A DNA stretch of 40,077 nucleotides from a virus (Duplodnaviria; Caudoviricetes), in IMG/VR virus record IMGVR_UViG_3300020045_006575, positions 1 through 40,077 of that record; one strand, 5' to 3'. The number at the start of each line of letters is the position of its first letter. Within the stretch, counting starts at the first letter, position 1. The notes beneath the pieces were generated by a model, which had not been told where the DNA came from, searched no databases, and saw nothing but the letters and a program-made list of their open reading frames with translations. Shown in pieces: positions 16,996 through 26,931 of this stretch. Made by a program: the position numbers and the translations under genes.

Positions 16996-17469
16996 ATGAC
17001 TGATAATTTATTCAAATATGGTGTCTTGGTGGGTATAGTTGTCATTGCTGGTGTTGCTCTTTGGGCAACATTCGGCGGTTCGGGTAGTCAAGAAGGTACG
17101 TTCCTCGGTTCGATTGGTCAGCTCAAAGCAGAGAATTACATCAACTATGTTCGGCAGAATGAAGGATATTACTCTGAAAGAGCGATCACGCTTTCTGGGG
17201 CGGATGGTGACATTACTGCTGGAGATGATCTGACAGTAACGGATGATTTGGCGGTAACGGACGACGTAATTATCTCTGGCGGCACTATAACAGTTACAAC
17301 TACGAATGCGGCCACTTCGACGGCCATTGTTGGTTGTATTCAAACATACGCAACGTCTACGGCTACGGCAGTCAGGCTGACTCTCTCCCCATTTGCTGGT
17401 ACCTCTACTACACAAGGGGGGACTTCTAGCTTCCTTGTAGCTGCCCAATATGGTTCGTGTCCTATCTAA
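16996..17469 (+). CDS. Membrane-anchored/exported protein after the capsid gene
   Basis: N-terminal TM; GDDLTVTDDL repeats; GCIQ...YGSCP Cys pair. Confidence 0.7.
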   Translation: MTDNLFKYGVLVGIVVIAGVALWATFGGSGSQEGTFLGSIGQLKAENYINYVRQNEGYYSERAITLSGADGDITAGDDLTVTDDLAVTDDVIISGGTITVTTTNAATSTAIVGCIQTYATSTATAVRLTLSPFAGTSTTQGGTSSFLVAAQYGSCPI

Positions 17470-17491
17470 CTTATTAATTAATTAAAATACA

Positions 17492-18238
17492 ATGGCTATA
17501 ACGTCATTAACGGGGGCACTCCAGATTACTGGACAAGACCTCCTTACCGATTCGTCAGTACAGCAGCATACGCTTGGTCAGTACGCACAGACTGCTGATG
17601 GTCGTGGGTATCGTTATGTCAAAAATGGTGGGACAGCGACAGTTGCTGGAAAACTGTATGTCGCACCAGACTTTGATGTAGTGAACCACACGCCTGCCGG
17701 TGGACTTGGTGTTTCCGCAGCAGTGGCAGTTGGTGGCACGGCAGTCACCATCTCTACATCTACAACGATGGTTCTTAATGAACTTGCTGGTGGATTCCTT
17801 ACAGTAGCTATCACTCCTGGTGAAGGTTACTTGTATCGTATTAAAAGCAACACAGCTACGTCAGCCGCGACGGGTTGTGTCATTACACTCGATGATCCTA
17901 TCAAGGTTGCTCTAACAACTTCCTCAAAAGTAGTTGTTGTGCAGTCACCTTATAATGGGGTTGTTGTCAGCCCTGGAGCTGCATCAACAGGTATCCCAGT
18001 GGGTGTCGCTACGAGCGTCATCACAGGTGGATATTACGGTTGGTTGCAAGTCTGGGGTCCTTCTCTTGTTCTCTCTGGTGTCGCTACGAGTATCTCCCTT
18101 CCTGGAGTACCTGTAAGCCCAGGTGCCTCGACTGCTGGAACAGTGATTGTTTCTACCGCCATTCTCCCTACAGTTGGGTGGGCGATGCAATTATTCACAG
18201 CTACCGAGTACAATTTGGTATTTCTCCGGATCGGATAA
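17492..18238 (+). CDS. Putative capsid decoration/cement protein
   Basis: HTLGQ...DGRGYRYVK and YYGWLQVWGP motifs; position. Confidence 0.65.
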   Translation: MAITSLTGALQITGQDLLTDSSVQQHTLGQYAQTADGRGYRYVKNGGTATVAGKLYVAPDFDVVNHTPAGGLGVSAAVAVGGTAVTISTSTTMVLNELAGGFLTVAITPGEGYLYRIKSNTATSAATGCVITLDDPIKVALTTSSKVVVVQSPYNGVVVSPGAASTGIPVGVATSVITGGYYGWLQVWGPSLVLSGVATSISLPGVPVSPGASTAGTVIVSTAILPTVGWAMQLFTATEYNLVFLRIG

Positions 18239-18249
18239 CGACTCAACCC

Positions 18250-18350
18250 CTTCGGGGGTTTCAGGGATTGTGACGGCGACCTCCATCCAATCCCTGAACT
18301 CCCTGCAGGGGATTACTAACTGGCGCAGGGTTTGCGTCTCCAAAAAACCA
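18250..18350 (+). other. Intergenic structured element (long hairpin plus GGGTTTGC...CAAAAAACC motif)
   Basis: TTCAGGGATTG/CAATCCCTGAA 11-bp perfect stem with extensions; alternative CCCC-TTCG-GGGG hairpin. Confidence 0.6.
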
Positions 18351-18352
18351 AT

Positions 18353-18700
18353 ATGGCAGAAATAAAAGCAATTAAATTCAAGAACTTCAGCGTTGAGGAT
18401 TTCGTCTACTCGTTTGATGGTATACCGTACACGTTCAAAGCAGGGATGGAATTCTTTATGGAAGATTACAAGGCACGGCATTTTGCGAAGCACTTAGTTG
18501 ATCGTGAGCTAAACAGACTCAATGTCGCAACGAACTACATGCCAAAACGAGATGAGCTATTGCTCAAGTGTTTTCCTACTGACGAAGTTGTTACTCCCGC
18601 AGCGGCACTCGACATAGAATCAAGAAAAAAGGTAGTAACGAAAAAGGTCGTAGAGGAAGAGTTTGCTGACCTCAAAGTCAATAAAAAGAAACATGTATAA
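18353..18700 (+). CDS. Hypothetical protein
   Basis: FKNFSVEDF...ARHFAKHLVDREL; start MAEIK. Confidence 0.75.
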   Translation: MAEIKAIKFKNFSVEDFVYSFDGIPYTFKAGMEFFMEDYKARHFAKHLVDRELNRLNVATNYMPKRDELLLKCFPTDEVVTPAAALDIESRKKVVTKKVVEEEFADLKVNKKKHV

Positions 18701-19280
18701 ATTATTCTCTGCAACAATAGTTGCTATTGCGGTCTTGTTTGCGGGGCTATTTTCGGTCCAGCAAGCGGCGGCCCTTGGTTTCGTGTTTCGTAGTGGTATT
18801 GAAGTTCCAAGTGGTGGGACATACCAGATGGTCTTCCCCGTGTCCACATCAACTGGACTCTTTATGAAGAATGGCACAGCGACGACAACGCTGACATTCC
18901 CATCAGAGACGTTTAGCTCGGTAACTGTATTTGTGCGTGCGTCTTTCCCGACGACGAACATTAACTCGTATCTGAGTATTGAAGCTCAGGCATCAGATGA
19001 TGGTATTGACTTCTTCAATTATGACAACACGCGGCAGAATCAGAGTATTAATCCGACAGTTGCGAGTACCAGTGTGACACTTGCTTCGACGACTATGCCG
19101 TTCCTGTACCGTCCGACCTTAAAGGGTTCGACCACCACAAAGGCATTTAACATCGAACTTATCCCCGCACGCTACACGCGGCTGATCTATACTCTCGTTT
19201 CTACCTCTACCGTAGTGGCACTACCAGACTCTGCAACAATTTGGTCAAACGTTGCTGGTCAAGTACGAACTGATAGATAA
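18693..19280 (+). CDS. Signal-peptide protein, jelly-roll-like beta domain
   Basis: MYKLFSATIVAIAVLFAGLFSVQQAAA; QASDDGIDFF...ARYTRL. Confidence 0.7.
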   Translation: MYKLFSATIVAIAVLFAGLFSVQQAAALGFVFRSGIEVPSGGTYQMVFPVSTSTGLFMKNGTATTTLTFPSETFSSVTVFVRASFPTTNINSYLSIEAQASDDGIDFFNYDNTRQNQSINPTVASTSVTLASTTMPFLYRPTLKGSTTTKAFNIELIPARYTRLIYTLVSTSTVVALPDSATIWSNVAGQVRTDR

Positions 19281-19679
19281 ATGAAACTACTTTCTAAAAC
19301 GGATGCTGGATCGAGGATAAAGAAGGAGAATGAAGAACTCCTTGATACCAACATCCGTTTGCGGAAGTATGAGAAAGACTTCCTCGGGAAACTGAATGTG
19401 GCAAAAAAGAATTACGACCCTGAAAAGATACAGGCACTCAAAGACTTCGAGAAGTTTGTGGCGGATATAAATACAAAGAAAGCAAAACTCTTAGAGGAAC
19501 TCGTAGGAATCGAAACAGTAATAGCGCAACGCAAGGATCTGTATTACGGGTTGATCGAGAAACAGGATGCACTTGATGAAAAACTTTACAAACTACACGA
19601 AGAGGAGAAGCGGCTCGAACTCCGAATCGCATACGTTGAAGAACTAGAACAAAAACAACGGGACTTAATTTTAGAATAA
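19281..19679 (+). CDS. Coiled-coil hypothetical protein
   Basis: Heptad-rich, charged. Confidence 0.7.
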   Translation: MKLLSKTDAGSRIKKENEELLDTNIRLRKYEKDFLGKLNVAKKNYDPEKIQALKDFEKFVADINTKKAKLLEELVGIETVIAQRKDLYYGLIEKQDALDEKLYKLHEEEKRLELRIAYVEELEQKQRDLILE

Positions 19680-19680
19680 C

Positions 19681-20592
19681 ATGCTTAGCTATACTGGTCG
19701 GCGGAACTTATTTGGAGACTTAGCAAACAATAGTGCAACAGTGACACTGACTCTCGCGGACACGCTGATGAACACTGCAGAAAAGCGTATTGTTTCTGCG
19801 AAAGACTGGCCGTTTCTCTGGAGGCAATACACACTAACGACTGCGGCGAGTACACAGGCGTACACGCTTAGTGCCTATACTCAGCACCCACAAAGCGTCT
19901 ATATCACCGTAGGAAGTTACCGCTATTCACCAAAAGAAGTGACCAACCGAGCAGAATGGGACGTATTAAACGCGACTTCTTCTACATCAGACACGCCAAC
20001 CCACTATTTTATATATGATGGACAGTTGCTTCTTTACCCGACACCGACATCAGCGAGTAATACGATTACCCTAAATGCGCGGCGAAAACTCCGTGACTTA
20101 AACGTAGCCGATTACACAACAGGGACAATTACTACGGTGGCTACTTCAGGCACGACGACTACCGTCACAGGGTCAGGAACAACATGGCATACGGGAATGA
20201 TCGGGCGGTGGATACGGATTACTGATGGAAGCGCGGCGAACACATTAAGCGGGGATCACCAGTGGTATGAGATAGCGACCGTACCAACCTCGACTACGCT
20301 CACCCTCGTACGAGCCTACGGGGGGACAGCTATGGCGGCGGCTTCTGCTACCTACACAATAGGGCAGATGACGCTAATACCGGAGCCTCATTGTGAGTTG
20401 CCGGTTTATTCGGCACTCGAAGTCTACTTTACATCTGTTGAACCAGAGGCTACAAAAGCCGCTCTCTACAAGAGACTATATGACGAGGGCTACGCACAGA
20501 TGTGGCTTGACCACACAAGTAAGATGAATGTGGTACTTGATTCAGGTGAAGAAACAGATGTTATTAATCCAAATAATTTTGTGTCTTTATGA
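19681..20592 (+). CDS. Head-tail adaptor-like protein with inserted beta domain
   Basis: DWPFL, QAYTL, LLLYPTP, IPEPHCELPVY motifs; position. Confidence 0.7.
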   Translation: MLSYTGRRNLFGDLANNSATVTLTLADTLMNTAEKRIVSAKDWPFLWRQYTLTTAASTQAYTLSAYTQHPQSVYITVGSYRYSPKEVTNRAEWDVLNATSSTSDTPTHYFIYDGQLLLYPTPTSASNTITLNARRKLRDLNVADYTTGTITTVATSGTTTTVTGSGTTWHTGMIGRWIRITDGSAANTLSGDHQWYEIATVPTSTTLTLVRAYGGTAMAAASATYTIGQMTLIPEPHCELPVYSALEVYFTSVEPEATKAALYKRLYDEGYAQMWLDHTSKMNVVLDSGEETDVINPNNFVSL

Positions 20593-20876
20593 CCGATCTC
20601 GATGTTTTTCAACAAGTGGTTTCTACTGCGGGCGGTGGTGGGTCAGTTGCGATTCTAGTTATTATGTGGCGACTTGGTTTGTTTAACGCAAAACAAAAAA
20701 ATCAGGAGATACTCGACGAGTTTCAAGCTCTGAAACAATACTTCAACCACGATACTACCAACTACCACGAGCGCACCCATGAGAAGTTAGACAAGGTAGC
20801 CGATAGTCTTTCTAGTATTTTCTACAACTTACGCGACATCAAAGAGAACGGCATCCCTTGTAAAGAGAAGAAATGA
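20589..20876 (+). CDS. Small TM + coiled-coil protein (holin-like)
   Basis: GGGGSVAILVIMWRLGLF followed by an amphipathic helix. Confidence 0.55.
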   Translation: MTDLDVFQQVVSTAGGGGSVAILVIMWRLGLFNAKQKNQEILDEFQALKQYFNHDTTNYHERTHEKLDKVADSLSSIFYNLRDIKENGIPCKEKK

Positions 20877-22669
20877 TAAAACAGATCAAAATAAACTCTA
20901 TATTTTCTGGTCAGTCGCCGTCACAGTATTTCGGTGGTGATGATACCTACAACACGTCGATTGCTATTGACCCTGACCTACCAATCATTTCAACCGATAT
21001 AAGAACTTCCGGCTTTCCAATACCTGTAGGATATGAAAAATTCTCTAGCACTAATATCACCAGTGCGCCGATTGCTTTAATCACAACCCCAAAAGATAAC
21101 TTGGTTTGGACAATACAAGCGAACGGTAAGATCGTTATTTATAAGACAGCTCTCACGTCGGCTGTCGAGACACTTATAGGAACAGTCGCGGGAAGTAACG
21201 CTGGTGGGGCCGCGTACTATAACAACTACATTTATGTGTTTGGGACGGGTTCTTCAAAGAATGACGTGTCGCGGGTTGGGCCACTCAACACGCTCCCTTA
21301 TGATGGACAGTCGGGCAACTTTACTGTAGGACTGACGGTGACTGGCGGGACATCGGGAGCTACGGGGATTGTCACAGCAGATGTTGATGCCGGCACAACC
21401 GGTACTCTCACGCTTTCAAATATCAGTGGATTGTTTGTGGACAATGAAACAATCACGGACACGGGGACGGGGAGTGCAACGGTCAACAGATCGCTGACAT
21501 CATTGATAGCTGACGGCATTTGGACTGGCGCAACCCTCGGTTCACAGACGGCTTTAACTAATACAAGCTACCCGTCGCTCCGTAGTGTTTCTATTCCTAA
21601 TCATTGGGGCCGCGCGCATTCTGACAATGCACTCTATTTCCTAGATTTCAAAGACGGACAAGGTTTGGTACACAAAATAAGCACTAAGAAGGTAACAAAT
21701 GAAGGTGACACAACGGGGACAACGATCCCGTCACTCTATAACGCACTCGATTTGCCCTTTGGGTTTTACCCAACGTGTATTGAAAGCTATGGTACGACGC
21801 TTGTTATCCTTGGTATTTTTAACGTAGATACCACAACCAACCAAGGCAAGGCGGGCATTGTTTTTTGGGACCCAACAAACACTGTTTCGTACTATCTCGG
21901 TCCCGTGTACCTCGCTGATCCAATAGCCACAGCACTACTCAACGTGAACGGGGTTGTTTATATATGGTCAGGTAACGCGCAGAATGGCGTGCGACTTTCT
22001 CATTATGTTGGAGGTGAAACAGTGCGTGACGATGTGTACCAAGAAGAAGGACTACCACCATTTGCGGGCGCAGTTGACGCAGTTGGCAATCGTATTGTGT
22101 GGGGGGGATTTGCAACTAATCCTGCTGCGGGAGCGGTGGTTTATGCACTTGGATCGAAAGACTCACGACTCCCGAACGGTTTACACAACGTAGCTAAAGC
22201 CAGTGCTGCGGGCACGACTCCCATAGTTACGGCTATAAAATATGTCCAACAAGATTCAAACGTAACTCCGAAGATGATTATTGCGTCTCGGGACGGGACT
22301 GGTAGTCAGATTGATAAGTATTCCACAACAGCTACGTTAGCTTCAAATTTGAGATGGATGTTCAATATTGGTTCCGCTGGGGAAGTCAGAAGAATACGCA
22401 TGCCACTGGCGGGAGCCGTCGCTGCCAACACGACAATCACCCCGACTCTTTACTTCGATGACCTTTCTTCGAGTGTTGCCCTCACCACGATTAACAATAC
22501 GAACTATCCTTCGAAGCGAAAGATTATTTATAAAGGGACTGAGCTAAAGAATGCAGTTTTCTCTAATAATTTTGTTTTGGAGATTGCCACAACTGGTACG
22601 AATCCATTACCTGTCGGGCTTCCTATCACGATTGACGTAGATATTTTTGACGACGAACCGACGAGATAG
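20873..22669 (+). CDS. Tail nozzle/stabilization protein (beta-propeller, P22 gp10-like position)
   Basis: 598 aa beta-rich protein following the adaptor. Confidence 0.6.
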   Translation: MIKQIKINSIFSGQSPSQYFGGDDTYNTSIAIDPDLPIISTDIRTSGFPIPVGYEKFSSTNITSAPIALITTPKDNLVWTIQANGKIVIYKTALTSAVETLIGTVAGSNAGGAAYYNNYIYVFGTGSSKNDVSRVGPLNTLPYDGQSGNFTVGLTVTGGTSGATGIVTADVDAGTTGTLTLSNISGLFVDNETITDTGTGSATVNRSLTSLIADGIWTGATLGSQTALTNTSYPSLRSVSIPNHWGRAHSDNALYFLDFKDGQGLVHKISTKKVTNEGDTTGTTIPSLYNALDLPFGFYPTCIESYGTTLVILGIFNVDTTTNQGKAGIVFWDPTNTVSYYLGPVYLADPIATALLNVNGVVYIWSGNAQNGVRLSHYVGGETVRDDVYQEEGLPPFAGAVDAVGNRIVWGGFATNPAAGAVVYALGSKDSRLPNGLHNVAKASAAGTTPIVTAIKYVQQDSNVTPKMIIASRDGTGSQIDKYSTTATLASNLRWMFNIGSAGEVRRIRMPLAGAVAANTTITPTLYFDDLSSSVALTTINNTNYPSKRKIIYKGTELKNAVFSNNFVLEIATTGTNPLPVGLPITIDVDIFDDEPTR

Positions 22670-22670
22670 T

Positions 22671-24956
22671 ATGAAAGAAGTTGACCTATACAAATTGCCC
22701 GCAGATGATGGAAAAGTCTCTGAGACTGAAGTTAGAGATATTGTAACACAGCAATTTTCCGCTGGCGGGAACATCATTCTTCCTACGGGAGCTTCATTCA
22801 AGAGTGCCGATGTCGGGCAGAGAAACATATCAGTTTATCCTGATGAACTCGACGGCATACAGAAAGCCATTGACATATTGGCGACAAAGGGCGGTGGAAT
22901 TGTGTCTGTTCGCGCAGGCACGCACTACCCGACAAAAGATATAACATTGGCGAGTCGGGTTTCCCTACATGGCGAATTTCGCGGCGGGACGATTATAAAT
23001 TTTAATAGCCAATCTTTTCAGATTAAAATGGTTGGCTCCGCTCCCTATTCCACAGGAACGGTGAGTATCACGAAAGGGGACGTAACAGTCACTGGTTCAT
23101 CGACATCCTGGCTTACAAACGCGGCTGCCGGTCAGGAGATTATGCTTGAGGGCGTATATTACCTTATCGCCGCAGTTGGGAGTAACACGTCAATTACGCT
23201 TGCGATTCCATATGCGGGGACAACTCTCGCTGGTGCGACGTATGTGCTGGCAACGACTTTGAAAGACTCCGACATTCAACAGTTAGCGGTGTATAGTTCC
23301 GCGACATATGCGATTAAAGTTCAATATGCGAACAACACGCGGATAGACAACTGCTCCATTGTCGGGAACGGCGGGGTCATTGACTATGACGATTCCTCAC
23401 AGATGGCAACAGCGGAGGGCGACTATGTAGCAAATGGTCTTGGTCTTTCTATGACCAACATACACTACTCTGCTTTCAAAGAACTCGGTGTGTTGGATAC
23501 TAGCGCAAGCCACGCTCTCACCGTTGCGTCATGTGCGAACATCACGTTCGCAGATTCGTTTTTTCTAAATTCGGCTGGGGACGGAGTAAACGTAACCTCT
23601 ACAAATAACGTCTCTTTTCATACTTGTGCATTTCGGGGGAATACCGGTCAAGGAATGGAATTTGTAAGTAGCAATAGCGATATTGCGATCACGAACTCTA
23701 CTATTAAAAGCAATGGTAGTGATGGTCTAAAATTAACTGCAACCTCTGATAATCTTTTCATACAATCGAATTCTATTGAATTGAACGGTGGCTATGGGTT
23801 GAATATCGCAGCGGCTACTTGTGATAATAACTCGATCATTGGGAACACATTTGCTTCGAATGTAACCGCTCCGTATATAAACTCGGGTACGGGGACGATC
23901 ATCTTTGGTAATCCAGGGGCAACGGACAGTCCCGCGTTTCAAACTCTTGACGCAACGCTCACCGCGCTGGCGGCGTATAACACCAACGGTCTTTTAACCC
24001 AAACTGCGGCTGACACATTTACAGGGCGAACGATTACTGGTCCTGCTGCGGGTATTTCTGTCGCAAATGGTAGTGGTGTGTCCGGTAACCCTACGTTGTC
24101 CCTTGCGAATGATCTCTCCGCAGTTGAGGGACTCGCTAGTACGGGGATAGCGGTACGTTCCGCCACTGATACATGGGTGCAGCGTTCGATTGCTGTTACC
24201 GCTTCAACAGGACTTTCCGTATCAAATGGTGATGGTGTGTCCGCTAATCCAACGTTGGCCGGTATTGACGCTTCGACTACCGTTAAGGGAGTTGTCGAAC
24301 TCGCAACTGACGCCGAAACAAATACAGGTACTGATACAGCACGAGCGATCACTCCTTCAAATCTCGAGGCATGGACTGGTTCTGCTCAAGTAACGACGTT
24401 GGGAACCATCACGACTGGCAACTGGAACGGTACGGATATACCCGTGACTGCGGGGGGAACTGGTGCGAGCGACGCTGCTACTGCGCGCACAAACCTTGGG
24501 ATTGTTAACAGCCCGCCAGGGACAATCGCCGCTTTTGGTGCGACCACTGCGCCAACTGGGTGGCTATTGTGCGACGGAGCGGCAGTATCTCGCGCGACGT
24601 ATGCTGACTTGTTTGCCGTTGTGTCTACGAATTTTGGTGTCGGCGACGGCTCGTCGACTTTCAATGTTCCCAATATGAAAGGCAAAGTTATTGTTGGGTA
24701 CAATGCTTCTGAGACTGAGTTCGATGCTCTTGGAGAAACTGGCGGTGCGAAAACCCACACACTAACGTCAACAGAAATGCCGTCGCACACGCATACCTTT
24801 GGCATACAATCAAATGCAGCGAGTAATCCGATTGACTATCCCTACGACGGCTCTGGTGGGGTTACTGGCAGTGGCACAACGGACGCCACAGGAGGTGGTG
24901 GCGCACATAATAATTTGCAGCCATATATTGCTATTCCATACATTATTAAAACATAG
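22671..24956 (+). CDS. Tail spike/fibre: right-handed beta-helix + phage tail-collar domain
   Basis: IQKAID...GGGIVSVRAGTHY; Asn/Gly beta-helix repeats; PPGTIAAFGATTAPTGWLLCDGAAVSRATYADLF...FNVPNMKG...HNNLQPY. Confidence 0.85.
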   Translation: MKEVDLYKLPADDGKVSETEVRDIVTQQFSAGGNIILPTGASFKSADVGQRNISVYPDELDGIQKAIDILATKGGGIVSVRAGTHYPTKDITLASRVSLHGEFRGGTIINFNSQSFQIKMVGSAPYSTGTVSITKGDVTVTGSSTSWLTNAAAGQEIMLEGVYYLIAAVGSNTSITLAIPYAGTTLAGATYVLATTLKDSDIQQLAVYSSATYAIKVQYANNTRIDNCSIVGNGGVIDYDDSSQMATAEGDYVANGLGLSMTNIHYSAFKELGVLDTSASHALTVASCANITFADSFFLNSAGDGVNVTSTNNVSFHTCAFRGNTGQGMEFVSSNSDIAITNSTIKSNGSDGLKLTATSDNLFIQSNSIELNGGYGLNIAAATCDNNSIIGNTFASNVTAPYINSGTGTIIFGNPGATDSPAFQTLDATLTALAAYNTNGLLTQTAADTFTGRTITGPAAGISVANGSGVSGNPTLSLANDLSAVEGLASTGIAVRSATDTWVQRSIAVTASTGLSVSNGDGVSANPTLAGIDASTTVKGVVELATDAETNTGTDTARAITPSNLEAWTGSAQVTTLGTITTGNWNGTDIPVTAGGTGASDAATARTNLGIVNSPPGTIAAFGATTAPTGWLLCDGAAVSRATYADLFAVVSTNFGVGDGSSTFNVPNMKGKVIVGYNASETEFDALGETGGAKTHTLTSTEMPSHTHTFGIQSNAASNPIDYPYDGSGGVTGSGTTDATGGGGAHNNLQPYIAIPYIIKT

Positions 24957-24957
24957 A

Positions 24958-24968
24958 CGTGGTATAAT
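24958..24968 (+). promoter_or_regulatory. Extended -10 promoter upstream of ejection genes
   Basis: GTGGTATAAT. Confidence 0.55.
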
Positions 24969-24989
24969 TTATTAATCTAATTTACTAAA

Positions 24990-26930
24990 ATGCCCCAGTA
25001 TTTTTATAACCAGTATTCGGGAGCGTATTACAAACTCGTTGATGGCGTTGTGTCCGGTGCAACACCGCAAGAGTTCGAGGCTGTCAAGGCAGCGAATCAA
25101 GGGTGGCCGCATGACTACTCAAAAGGAAACGCGGCAACTGGGAGCTACACACCGGAAAGTATCAAAGCTGAATACGGGCTATCTTCTACGCCGCAGAAAT
25201 TTGAACAACAGGACGGTCAATCATGGTATTCGATCCCGCAAGGATTTGATACGTCCGGCCTCCAAGATCAGCAGCAAATAAATATCGGTGGGAGTTTTTA
25301 TACCTACCACAAAACACAGAATCTGTTGAAACCAGCCGCGGTGAATTCTGCTACCCAAGGCGCGCAGTCAACAATGCAGAATCTCCTGCCAACCGCGCAA
25401 CCGATGTCAACGCAGACGACATCATCAATGGCTCCCCCGACCCAAACACCTCCACAGTCAGTAGCTCCAGCACCTACCGCAACTACTTCATCTGCTCCAA
25501 TCACACCACTGCCGACCAGTTCTACTGGGACAACCAGTGCGGCACCGACCACCCAGCAATTCACTCCCCCTCCTGCGCCAACACAAACCGCACTACCAAC
25601 CGCACCCAAACTTACGCCACTTCCGTCGGCGACTCCCATGAACACACCAACGCCGCAATCACCTACGGCTGCGCCATTGCCGACAGCTCCCACACCGACA
25701 GCTCTCCCCAATGCCCCACAACTTGCACCCATCCCGCCGAACACCTACACATCGCCTGATGTTTCGCCGTATTTCCAACAGTACCAAGCTCTTTTGAAGA
25801 TGAGTCCGCAAGAGGAAGAGTCCCAAACACAACTCAACCAATTGAATGCTTCTAGGAATCAATCAATGGTTGATTTAGAAGGCCAACCTATTGCCATTCC
25901 ATTTATTACTGGCCAGCAGGCAGCAGTGAATAAACAATTCGAGTTATCTAAATTACCTTTACAAAATCAACTAGCCCTTGCCCAAGGAAAACGACAAGGC
26001 GAACTCACCGCAGCCGGAGCGCAATTAGACTTTGTGAAGTACCAAGCTGATGCTGCGTTACAACAAAGAAAACAACAGCTCGATGAACTTCTCGCCAGCA
26101 ACTCGATTACCCAACAGCAGTACCAAAACGAATTGCAGAAAGCACAGTTGGAAAATGAACAGAAACAGCAAGAGTTTGAAAACCAATTCAGCACTGCACA
26201 GTATCAAAATACTGTCGGACAGCAAGGTTTTCAGAATCAGATGGAAACCGCACGATTCCAAGCCGATCAGCAATACAACAACCAAAAACTCGCACTTGAT
26301 ACTGCGTTAGCGAATAACCAGATTTCCCAGCAGACGTATCAAAATGAATTAGCAAAAGCACAATTACAAAATCAACAGGCGCAACAGCAGTATGAGAATC
26401 AGTTTGCTGAACAGCAATTCAACGCGCAACAATCTCAACGGGCTATAGACAACCAAACTGAACAGCAGAGATTGGCACAACAGCAATCACAATTCCAAGC
26501 ATCCCTTGACGTGACAAAAAATACTAACGCCACAAAATCCCCTGGCTTAACTGAAGTTTCTCCTGGGGCTACGTTATACAACACATCAACGAGTCAACCA
26601 GTGTATACCGCTCCGACAGCAGCACAACAGAGTTCATCTAACTATGTTCCTGATGCACAGGTGTTAGCCAATCAAGCAGCTGCGGCTAAACTAGGTGTGT
26701 CTATTCCTGGGCTTTCTACTACATCTTCACAACCAACTACTGCACCAAAAACTACCACAAGCGCACCAGCAACTAGCTATCCTACGTTTGAGCAGTACCT
26801 CGCCACAGCACAGCAAGCGGCGGGACAGTCATTTGCACCATCAACCGTAGAAGCACTAAGAAAACAATGGGAAGCAGGCAAACCAGTAAGCGGCACCAGC
26901 CCAGCTGGTACTACGAATTGGAACTTCTAA
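24990..26930 (+). CDS. Putative ejection (internal virion) protein, Pro/Thr-rich + Gln-rich coiled coil
   Basis: Composition; QQQ(F/Y)ENQ repeats; position. Confidence 0.65.
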   Translation: MPQYFYNQYSGAYYKLVDGVVSGATPQEFEAVKAANQGWPHDYSKGNAATGSYTPESIKAEYGLSSTPQKFEQQDGQSWYSIPQGFDTSGLQDQQQINIGGSFYTYHKTQNLLKPAAVNSATQGAQSTMQNLLPTAQPMSTQTTSSMAPPTQTPPQSVAPAPTATTSSAPITPLPTSSTGTTSAAPTTQQFTPPPAPTQTALPTAPKLTPLPSATPMNTPTPQSPTAAPLPTAPTPTALPNAPQLAPIPPNTYTSPDVSPYFQQYQALLKMSPQEEESQTQLNQLNASRNQSMVDLEGQPIAIPFITGQQAAVNKQFELSKLPLQNQLALAQGKRQGELTAAGAQLDFVKYQADAALQQRKQQLDELLASNSITQQQYQNELQKAQLENEQKQQEFENQFSTAQYQNTVGQQGFQNQMETARFQADQQYNNQKLALDTALANNQISQQTYQNELAKAQLQNQQAQQQYENQFAEQQFNAQQSQRAIDNQTEQQRLAQQQSQFQASLDVTKNTNATKSPGLTEVSPGATLYNTSTSQPVYTAPTAAQQSSSNYVPDAQVLANQAAAAKLGVSIPGLSTTSSQPTTAPKTTTSAPATSYPTFEQYLATAQQAAGQSFAPSTVEALRKQWEAGKPVSGTSPAGTTNWNF

Positions 26931-26931
26931 C

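Noticed and set aside
15163-18333. Long-range pairing AAACCCCTGCGT (15163) with GCGCAGGGTTT (18323)
   Set aside because: Only about 11 bp with a bulge over 3 kb; largely explained by the shared stem motif or chance
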